Source: a bacterium (GTDB lineage Bacteria > Patescibacteriota > Gracilibacteria > BD1-5 > UBA6164). Taken from it: a DNA stretch of 64,000 bases. Of the stretch, positions 55,414 to 64,000 are shown in pieces. The notes beneath the pieces were generated by a model. It made no database searches and was not told the DNA's origin. It was given only the letters and a program-made list of their open reading frames with translations. Positions within the stretch are counted from its first letter, which is position 1. The number at the start of each line of letters is the position of its first letter. A program made the translations under genes and the position numbers. The stretch spans positions 13,592 to 77,591 of the forward strand of contig JAGXIW010000008.1 of assembly GCA_024635475.1 (NCBI GenBank), in the 5' to 3' direction.

Positions 55414-55758
55414 ATGGATTTTACAAATTTGAATAAAGAAGAATTAAAAGGACTTTTAAAGGATTTGAGATTATATAGTAATCTTACAAATAAGCTTTGA
55501 TATAGATGAAAAAGAATCTTTTCTAAAATAAAAAATGATAAGAGTTATTATTTGGTTGAATATTATCCATATGCTGATTTAGAGTTTGTTTTTACGAAAT
55601 CAGTAGAGGTTTATAAGAGATTTTTTCTATGTTCCCCTCTAAGAGAAGAAATAGTTTTTTTACCTAAGAAATCGTTACTTTGATGAATGAAAGTTTATAA
55701 AGATGATGATGTTGTTGATTTAAGCTTTGAAAAGGTAGAAAGAAATTTAAAAAAATAA
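55414..55758 (+). CDS. atpH: Short ATP synthase delta (OSCP)-like subunit
   Basis: 114 aa in the atpH position. The C-terminal ...SLLGGMKVYKDDDVVDLSFEKVERNLKK matches the I.GG..v..gd.v.D.S....L end of delta subunits. The N-terminal half is unrecognisable and the protein is ~60 aa shorter than usual. Confidence 0.55.
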
Positions 55759-55830
55759 AAATAAAATAAATTAACAATTATTATTCAATAATTGTTAATT
55801 ATTAATTATTAATTGTTAATTATAAAAGCT

Positions 55831-57336
55831 ATGTCAAATGATGTTTTAAACAAAATAATAAAAGATATAGAAACTAGAATTGATTCTGTTGATGTATCTC
55901 CAGAGATAGAAAATGTTTGAGAAGTTTTTTATCTTTGAGATTCTATTGCTAAAGTTTCAGGTCTTAGAAATGTAGCATATAATGAAATAGTGGAATTTGA
56001 GTCATGAGCAATTTGAGTTGCTTTGAATCTTGAAGAACATTTTGTTTGAGTTGTTATATTGAATCTTTTTTCAAAAATATTAGAGGGAGAAAAAGTTAAA
56101 GCAACTTGAAAGATTTTGGAAGTTCCTGTTTGAGATGCTTTAATCTGAAGAGTTGTAGATTCACTTTGAAATCCGGTTGATTGATTGTGAGATATAAAAA
56201 CAGATATTTTTTATCCTGTTGAGAGAGTTGCTTCATGAGTTATGACGAGAAAATCAGTTCATGAACCACTTGAAACTTGAATTAAGGCTATAGATGCTTT
56301 AGTACCTATTGGTAGATGACAAAGAGAATTAATTATTTGAGATAGACAAACGGGTAAAACTCAAGTAGCTATAGATACAATTTTGAATCAAAAATGAAAA
56401 GGTGTAACTTGTGTTTATGTTGCTATTTGACAAAAAGAATGAAAGGTATCTAGAATAATGGAAGAATTGAAAAAAAGATGAGCTATGGATTATACAATCA
56501 TAGTTTTAGCTTGAGCATCTAGTCCAGCAGCTATGCAATATCTTGCTCCTTATTCTGGTTGTGCTATGGCTGAATATTTTATGCTAAATTGAAAACATGC
56601 TTTAATTATATATGATGATTTATCAAAACAAGCAAATGCTTATAGAGAAATGTCATTACTTCTTAGAAGACCACCATGAAGAGAAGCTTATCCATGAGAT
56701 GTATTTTATCTTCACTCTAGATTACTTGAAAGATCTGCAAAATTAAATGATAGTTTATGAGCATGAAGTCTTACAGCTTTGCCTATAATAGAAACTCAAG
56801 CTTGAGATGTATCTGCTTATATTCCTACAAATGTAATATCAATTACAGATTGACAAATATTTCTTGAATCAGATCTATTTAATTCATGACAAAAACCTGC
56901 TATTAATGTATGACTTTCTGTATCAAGAGTATGATGAGCAGCTCAAATAAAGGCTATGAAAAAAGTAGCTTGAACTTTGAAATTGGATCTTGCTCAGTAT
57001 AGAGAACTTGCAGCATTTTCACAATTTGCTTCAGATTTGGATGAAATAACTAGAAACCAATTAGAAAGATGAAAAAGAATGATGGAACTTTTAAAACAAT
57101 GAGTATATGCACCAGTTTCTGTTTCTAAACAAGTTTGTGCTATGTATGCTTGAACTAATTGATATTTAGATCAAATAGAACTTTCTCGTATTGCTAGATT
57201 TGAAAGTGATTTTTATGCAGCACTAGATGATGAAAAAACTATTTTAGAATCTATTGAACAAGAAAAAGTTATAAAAGAAGATAAAGAAACAAAATTAAAA
57301 GAAATTCTAGGAAAAATTATTGAATTGAATAAGTAG
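55831..57336 (+). CDS. atpA: F0F1 ATP synthase subunit alpha
   Basis: 501 aa. [23 protein letters not shown] (Walker A), [30 protein letters not shown]. Confidence 0.95.
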
Positions 57337-57367
57337 AAAACAATTATTAATTATTAATTATTGCTTT

Positions 57368-58279
57368 ATGGCATCAGCTAAAGAGATAAGAAGAAAAATC
57401 GCATCTATAAAAAATACTTGAAAAATAACAAAAGCTATGGAGCTTATTTCAACAGTTAAAATGAAAAAAGCCCAAGATTCTGTTATGGCAAAGAAGAATT
57501 TTGTTATGGAAATTTTAAAGATATTTTTAAAAATAGAAGATGCTTTGATTAATTTTCCTATTTTTTCGTATTGAAAATGAAATAAAACATTGGCTGTAGT
57601 AATCACATCAAATAAATGACTTTGTTGATGATACAATGTCGGGGTGATGAAAAAAGTAAATTTTTATATGAAAAGTACAAATGAAGAAATAGATTTTGTT
57701 ACTGTTTGAAAAAAAGCAGCCAATTTTGTATCAAGAACGGGAAATAATCTAATTGCAGATTTTTCTCATGATTTTACTGACAATATACAACCAATTTTTA
57801 CTAAAAGAATTTCAAAATTATTAAGAGATGAATTTTTAAGTGGAAAATATAATAAAGTAGTAGTTTTTTATAGTCATTTTTTAAATACTATAAAACAAAT
57901 TCCTATTAGTAAGGAGTTTATGCCTATATCATCTAAAGATATTAAAGAGTATCTTTCTACGATAGCAAACCAATTTTATGATATAGATAGTGAAATTGAA
58001 AAAAGTACAAAAACAGAATCTTTTTATAAGGTAGAGCCAAGTAAAGAGGAATTAGCAGAACATATAATTCCAATAATTTTGGATATGATGTTTTTTGATC
58101 TACTTTTAGAATCAAAAGCATCAGAACATAGTTCTCGTATGATTGCTATGAAAAATGCCAAAGATAATGCAAAGAAAATAGCAGATAATTTGACTTTGAA
58201 ATACAATAAAGCAAGACAATCTATTATTACAAAGGAAGTTTCTGAAATTACAGCTTGAGTTGAATCTCTAAAAGATTAG
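57368..58279 (+). CDS. atpG: F0F1 ATP synthase subunit gamma
   Basis: 303 aa. MASAKEIRRKIASIKNTGKITKAMELIS, ITSNKGLCGGYN, and C-terminal SEHSSRMIAMKNAKDNA...YNKARQSIITKEVSEI. Confidence 0.9.
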
Positions 58280-58375
58280 TTTAAAATAAAAAATAATAAA
58301 AAGAAAAATAAAAGAAAGAATATAAAAATAAATACAACTTTTATAAATAATTTTATTATTTTAATACTAAAAATT

Positions 58376-58852
58376 ATGAAACAAACTCCTTTGATATTTA
58401 AATTAGTAATAAATTTCGTTGCTTATATAGGGTATACATTTTTGTTATCGGTGATATTTTCTTTTTCTTTTCCTTTAGTATTAAATATGTTAGGAAAAGA
58501 ACTGTATAACCCTGCTGATCCAATTTTTATGAAGATACAAATTTCTATTGCTTTGATTGTATTGATATTTACAGTTATTTTTAGAAAATATTTTTATATG
58601 AGCTTATCTAATAATTGTATGACAAGTGAGTCATATGATGATGTTGAAGAAACTAAGAAAGAAAATTGAAAAACAGATATGGTTGAAAAAGAAATTAAAA
58701 AAGAGGATTGGTTAAATTTTGATAATAAAATTGAAAATACAGAACCTGAAACAGTTATAAAGAAAGAAGAGGAGTATGTTTTTAAAATGGATGATGAAGA
58801 AGATGAAGAAGATAGTATAAAAATATTTACAGATAAAGAGATAAAAAGATAA
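58376..58852 (+). CDS. Hypothetical membrane protein with an acidic tail (inserted in the atp operon)
   Basis: 158 aa. Track ORF 58376-58669 continues through TGA to TAA 58850-58852. Two TM helices followed by a D/E-rich tail. Confidence 0.55.
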
Positions 58853-58871
58853 TCTATAACTCTAGCTTTCT

Positions 58872-59276
58872 ATGAAACTAAAAATTTACACTGACGGGTG
58901 AGCTAGATGAAATCCTTGAAATGCTTGAATTTGAGTTTATATAACAGACCAAAACTGAAAAGAAATTGAAAAGAGGTATAAAAATATTGGGATTAAAACA
59001 AATAATGATGCAGAATATACTGCAGTGTATTTGGCCTTAACTAGAGCTGTAGAACTTTGATGTAATGATATAGATTTATTTTCTGATTCAAACTTAGTTG
59101 TTAATCAATTAAGTTGAAATTGGAAAATAAAGGAAGAGAGATTAAAAGTTTATAAGACTGATATAGACAATATAATTAAAGAAAACAAGTTAAAAATTTG
59201 TTTTACTTGGATTAGAAGAGAAGAAAATAAGGAAGCCGATAGATTAAGTAATGTTGCAATGGATGAGAATAATTAA
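58872..59276 (+). CDS. rnhA: Ribonuclease HI-family protein
   Basis: 134 aa. KIYTDGGARGNPGNAGIGV, NNDAEYTAVYLALTRA, LFSDSNLVVNQLSGNWKIK, NKEADRLSN: the D-E-D-D catalytic pattern of RNase H. Confidence 0.8.
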
Positions 59277-59296
59277 TATTTTTTAACATTTATTAT

Positions 59297-59674
59297 ATGA
59301 AATTTTTCATTATTATACTACTAATATTTTCTTTATTTTCTTGTAGTAAAACTATTGGTATAGATTATGCAATGGATGCTAGAAATTCTCTAAGAATTAG
59401 TAACATGAATTGAGCAAAAGAAGAATTAATAAGCTATTATAAACTTAATAATCAAATGTTTCCAGAAACACTTGAAGAATTAAATAAACTTGAATACCAT
59501 TCTAAATATTATTTTGAATGAGAATGAAAGAATTGAAGAAAAGAAGTATGATGATGTAGTCTATATTTTAATTATAAAATAATTAAAAATAAACAATGAG
59601 AAATTAAAGATTTTGAATTATCTACTTGTTTAGAATGAGAAAAAGAAAAAAGGGTAATAAGGCCATTTAATTAA
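59297..59674 (+). CDS. Hypothetical lipoprotein
   Basis: 125 aa. Lipobox-like LLIFSLFSC at residues 7-15. No recognisable domain. Confidence 0.5.
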
Positions 59675-59703
59675 TAATTTTTTACTTTTTAATTACTATT
59701 ATT

Positions 59704-59844
59704 ATGACAACATGGATTTGTGATAATTGTGGTGCTACTAAAGAATGAAGATGTAACCCAAAAAAATGTGAATCTTGTGGATGAGTAAATTTTTCTAAAA
59801 AAGAAGAATCTTGTGGATGTAGTGGATGTGGCTGTAGAAAATAA
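59704..59844 (+). CDS. 46-aa Cys-rich zinc-ribbon-like mini-protein
   Basis: MTTWICDNCGATKEGRCNPKKCESCGGVNFSKKEESCGCSGCGCRK*. CxxC...CxxC knuckles plus a terminal CGCSGCGC. 9 Cys in 46 residues. Confidence 0.5.
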
Positions 59845-59880
59845 ATATAAAAAATTTTTAATTCTTAATTTAGTGTTTTT

Positions 59881-61284
59881 ATGCATATTTGAAAAATAAT
59901 AAAAATCGTATGAGTTGTTATTGATGTAGAATTTAAAGATGGATATGTTCCACATATATATGAATCTCTGGAAGTAAAATGACATTCAGAAAAGATTATA
60001 CTTGAAACTCAACAACAACTTTGAGATAGTGTTGTTAGAACTATAGCTATGAACCCAGTTGAATGATTGAAAAGATGAATGGAAGTTGTAGCACTTGAAT
60101 CTCCTATAAAGGTTCCTGTTTGAGAAAGTATATTATGAAGAATGTTTAATGTACTTTGAGATCCAATTGATAACTTGGAAGCACCTAAAGCTGAGTTCTA
60201 TGATCCAATTCATAGAGATGCTCCAGCATTTAAGAATCTTACAACTAAAGCTGAACTTTTCGAAACTTGAATAAAAGTTATAGATTTGATAGCACCAATG
60301 CTTAAATGATGAAAAGTATGACTTTTTGGATGAGCTTGAGTTGGTAAAACAGTTATAATGCAAGAACTTATTCATAATATAGCAAGTGAACATGGATGAT
60401 ATAGTGTTGTAGCATGAGTTTGAGAAAGAACAAGAGAATGAAATGATCTATATCATGAGATGAAATGAAGTTGAGTTATAGATAAAACAGCGATGGTTTT
60501 TGGTCAAATGAATGAAGCTCCAGGACCAAGAGCGAGAGTTGCATTGACTTGATTAACAATGGCGGAGCATTTCAGAGATAGAGAAAAAAGAGATGTACTT
60601 TTATTTATTGATAATATATTTAGATTTACACAAGCTGGTTCTGAGATATCAGCACTTCTATGAAGAATTCCTTCAGCAGTATGATATCAACCAACTTTGG
60701 CAACAGATATGGGGGCTTTACAAGAAAGAATTACATCAACTAAAGATGGTTCTATTACTTCTGTACAAGCTGTTTATGTACCAGCTGATGATCTAACTGA
60801 TCCAGCTCCTGCGACTACTTTTGCACATCTGGATTCTACTATAGTACTTAGTAGAGCAATATCAGAACTTGGTATATATCCAGCAGTTGATCCACTTGAT
60901 TCTAATTCTACAGTTTTAGATCCACTTATCGTATGAGAAACTCATTATGCAGTTGCTAGAGAAGTTCAAAGAGTATTACAAAAATATAAAGAATTACAAG
61001 ATATTATAGCTATTCTTGGTATGGATGAGTTATCAGAAGATGATAAACAAGTAGTTTGAAGAGCAAGAAAAATACAAAAATATTTATCTCAACCATTCTT
61101 TGTAGCTGAACAATTTACATGATTTTCATGAGTTTATTCTAAAATAGGAGAAACAGTTACTTGATTTAAAAAGATTTTGGATTGAGAATTGGATTATGTT
61201 CCTGAGAAGTATTTTATGTATAAAAATACAACAGATGATGTAATCGCGGCTTATAAAAAAGACCAAGAAGGGGGTAAAGTATAA
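59881..61284 (+). CDS. atpD: F0F1 ATP synthase subunit beta
   Basis: 467 aa. GLFGGAGVGKTV (Walker A, with TGA at 60331-60333 and 60337-60339), [37 protein letters not shown]. 15 of its first 18 Gly codons are TGA. Confidence 0.95.
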
Positions 61285-61321
61285 AAACTAAGATTTATTT
61301 AAATTATATAGATTCAAAAAT

Positions 61322-61759
61322 ATGAAACTAAATATATATTCATTTAATTGAGAACATTTTTCTTCAGATAAAGTAACATCTGTTACTATGATGACTATGG
61401 ATTGAGAGATAACTATTCTTGATAGACATACTCCACTTTTAAGTGCATTTAAGCCGAGTACTATGTTTTTGCTTTATAAAGATGAAAATGAAGTAATTTA
61501 CAGAAATGATTTTGCGGTTTGAGCTTGATTTCTAGAAGTTAAAGATTCTGAAGTAAAAATATTAACAGATATGTTAATTGATGTTGAAGATCAAAAAGAT
61601 ATTGATAAAGATGCAATAGAATTAGCAAAAAGTGATGCTATTGCATTGATGGAAAAATATAAAAGTAGTAAAGATAGAGTTGACATGGAAAAATTTATAG
61701 AAGCTGAAGATAATTTGATGAAATCAATAGCTCAGTTGAAATTATATCAAAATAAATAA
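61322..61759 (+). CDS. atpC: F0F1 ATP synthase subunit epsilon
   Basis: 145 aa. N-terminal beta-sandwich-like ...GEITILDRHTPLLSAFKPS...AVGAGFLEV followed by a helical tail. Sits in the atpC position. Confidence 0.8.
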
Positions 61760-61765
61760 TAAAAG

Positions 61766-61798
61766 AAAATAGTCTAAATATATTTAGACTATTTTTTT
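61766..61798. terminator. Bidirectional terminator (perfect 15+15 palindrome) shared by atpC and the convergent gene
   Basis: AAAATAGTCTAAATA pairs with TATTTAGACTATTTT, followed by a T-run. The TAG stop of the minus-strand gene (61789-61791) lies inside the right arm. Confidence 0.7.
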
Positions 61799-62298
61799 GT
61801 TATCAAATCAAATGTTTTTTTAGAAAGCCATTTTTCTGTTTCATCATATTTTTTTTGTTTTAATAGTTTTCTTATCTTTGTAGCAGAAATTGGTATTTTT
61901 TGTCTTGTTTTTTCCACAAAAGATATTGTATTAAAATCTAGTTTTTGAATATGTTCTTTTATAACTTTTATAGCAAAATCATTTTTTAAATCTCATCATA
62001 AAAAATATATATTATCTTCTTTTATAGAATATTTTTTTATTAGTATATTTAGATTATTTAGCCAGTCTATATCTTTTTTACAATCATTTAAATAACATAC
62101 GATTATATTATCATCAAATTCTTCTTTTAGAAATTCTTTTCTTTCAATAAGTGAGTAAGGATTATTTTCATCTATTTTTTCAGCAGATCAAATTATAACA
62201 ATAGTTTTATCATTATTTTTTAAGCTATAATCTATTAGAGATATATGTCATATATGAAGAGGACTAAATCTTCAAATTATTATTCATAAATTTTGCAT
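61789..62298 (-). CDS. Nicotinamide/nicotinate-nucleotide adenylyltransferase (archaeal/NadR-type cytidylyltransferase fold)
   Basis: 169 aa. GIIIGRFSPLHIGHISLI (the GxFxPxHxGH motif), IVIIGSA, ISATKIRKLL. Confidence 0.7.
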
Positions 62299-62397
62299 TT
62301 TTAAGAAAAAGTGTATAATATAGTTGTATAAAACAAAATATGAGTTATATTAGTTATAATAATTATTTATTTTTTAAAAACAAAACATATTTTAAAT

Positions 62398-63396
62398 ATG
62401 AGTAATTCACACCAATCTTGAAAAGTAGCAGTCTTGGCCGCAATTATCTGAAATACTACAGTTACTATACTTAAGTTTATAGTTTTTTTTATGTCAGGTT
62501 CTACATCTATGTTTTCTGAATGAGTTCATACACTTGCAGATTCTGTGAATCAGATACTTTTATATGTAGGTATTAAAAAGTCTTCAAAAAAGGCCGATGA
62601 AAAGTTTTCATATGGATATTGAAAAGAAAGGTTTTTTTGGGCTCTAATTTCAGCATGTTGAATATTTTTCTTAGGTGCTTGAATTACATTATATCATTGA
62701 GTAGAAGGGCTTATTCATCCATCGGAAATAGAAAATTATTGATTATCATATATCGTATTAATTGTGTCTTTTTTTATTGAATGACTTACATTATATATTG
62801 CTTTAAAATCTGTTTATAAAAAAGAATTTGGATTATTAAAATCAATTAAAGAGTCTGATAATGCAAGTTATGCTGTAATTTTAGAAGATTCTGTAGCAGT
62901 TTTATGAGTTACTATAGCTTTTTTTGCAATACTATTAACTAAAGTAACAGGATATTTATTTTTTGATAGTATAGGTTCAATAACAATTTGATTATTATTA
63001 TGATGAGTTGCTATTTTACTTATTATTAAAAATAAGAATTATTTAATGTGAAAATCATTAGATGATAATATAACAGAATGAATAATAAAATTAATAGAAA
63101 CAGATCCATTGATTATAAAAGTTATAGATTTTAAATCAGAAATTATAGACTTGAATGCGTATATAATTAAGTGTGAAGTTGAGTTCAATGGAACAGCTTT
63201 GATGAAAGAAATTAGCAAACATGATTTTTTAGAAGACGAATATAAACATATAAATAAATACGAAGATTTTTTAAGATTTTGTGTAGAGTATGCTAACAGA
63301 ATTCCTAGACTTATATGAAAAAATATTGATACACTGGAGATAAAAATAAAAAAACATTATCCTGAAATAAAGTATATTGATATTGAGTTAAACTAG
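62398..63396 (+). CDS. Cation diffusion facilitator (CDF) family metal efflux transporter
   Basis: 332 aa. 6 TM helices with SGSTSMFSEGVHTLADSVNQ and ILEDSVAVLGV (the HxxxD/ExxxD-type TM2/TM5 sites), plus a C-terminal cytoplasmic domain. Confidence 0.75.
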
Positions 63397-64000
63397 CCAT
63401 TAACCTTTTTACTAATAGTTTTTCTCTTATCATTATTATGAAACTTTAACATATTATCACTTATTATTATTCAAAAAGTGTTTCATAGTTTTTTGAAACT
63501 TTTTTTTGTTTTTGGTAAAAAAAATGATTTTAATAATTTTTCAATTAAATTTAGAAGTTTAAAATCATAATTTGAAGTATTTCTTTTGTAAAAATAAGAG
63601 TTTTTATTATTCCCAATTATATTTTCATAATCATCAAAGTTACACCATTTTTTATTTTCTTCTATAAAAATCTCCCGAGCACTATCATAATTTAGAATTG
63701 GTTTAAGATAAATCATCCAAAAATATAAATAAATATCATTTTTAATTGCAATATTTTCAAAATTTAGGGAAGTAGTAGTACAAAAAAAACTGAGACAAAA
63801 TCTGGATTTATGATTATTTTTTGTTTTTCTAGCTCACAGTATTTGAAAAATAAAAGTTGTAAAAATCCTAACAATCCAAAGTCTATTTGGTTTTGAAACA
63901 ATAAATAAATCTATATCAGAATCACTATTTGCACTATTCATAGCTACACTATTTCAAATTGCAATCATTTGAAGTCCGGGAATCCATTTTATAAATTGAA
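63393..64000 (-). CDS. Nucleotidyltransferase (Pol-beta superfamily)-domain protein, 5' end outside the window
   Basis: The frame is open from the window edge to TAG (complement 63393-63395), reading through three TGA codons. ...IAIGNSVAMNSANSDSDIDLFIVSKPNRLWIVR... is the G(N/S)..A......SD(I/L)DL minimal nucleotidyltransferase motif. Track ORF 63483-63716 is an internal piece. Confidence 0.55.

Noticed and set aside
1-64000. The supplied ORF track shows only short ORFs (60-200 aa) over most of the window. This could be read as massive pseudogenisation or as non-coding DNA.
   Set aside because: Reading TGA as Gly joins the fragments into full-length, motif-complete proteins (PBP1A, ATP synthase, NifH-like and others). 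The fragmentation is a genetic-code artefact, not gene decay.

Overview
Very AT-rich, densely coding bacterial DNA. It is only interpretable if TGA is read as glycine (genetic code 25, Gracilibacteria/Absconditabacteria-type Candidate Phyla Radiation bacterium). TGA falls on invariant Gly residues: NifH-like P-loop GKGGIGKS, ATP synthase beta GGAGVGKT, ABC GPNGAGKST, radical-SAM GGEP. Only TAA and TAG terminate genes, so the short ORFs in the supplied standard-code track are an artefact, and I re-derived about 65 genes by hand with TGA=Gly. All coordinates were frame-checked, but there was no database search.

Gene content:
- Cell envelope and RNA modification: class A PBP, LCP ligase, RluD.
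- A ~20 kb co-directional supercluster (6.8-27.1 kb), described below.
- SDR; VirD4-like and VirB4-like ATPases flanking an NhaP antiporter; PP2C phosphatase; a prepilin fused to an FGE/SUMF1-like domain.
- A mosaic region (38.8-44.7 kb): a cfa remnant, a tandemly duplicated EamA gene, and a ~3 kb GC-richer block whose genes almost completely lack TGA-Gly codons (likely recent import from a standard-code donor).
- OmpR/HK two-component pair, YdjM-like hydrolase, PPK2-like protein, DsbA-like protein, ABC-2 exporter, Fur-family regulator.
- An F-type ATP synthase operon interrupted by four unrelated genes between atpG and atpD.
- NMN adenylyltransferase, CDF transporter, and a partial nucleotidyltransferase.

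Most interesting system: the 6.8-27.1 kb supercluster starts as a His-Xaa-Ser (Hxs) cassette with HxsD-like x2, an HxsB rSAM/SPASM enzyme, and a 130-aa HxsA-like precursor ending in 11 Ser-His-Gly repeats plus HxsC. It continues into nine further radical-SAM genes (11 in total, one HemN-like), a GT-B-like protein, a FISUMP-like protein, and a complete nitrogenase-like trio (NifH-like ATPase plus two NifD/K-like subunits). I am not aware of a described system with this architecture.

No rRNA, tRNA, CRISPR array, transposase or integrase was recognised.
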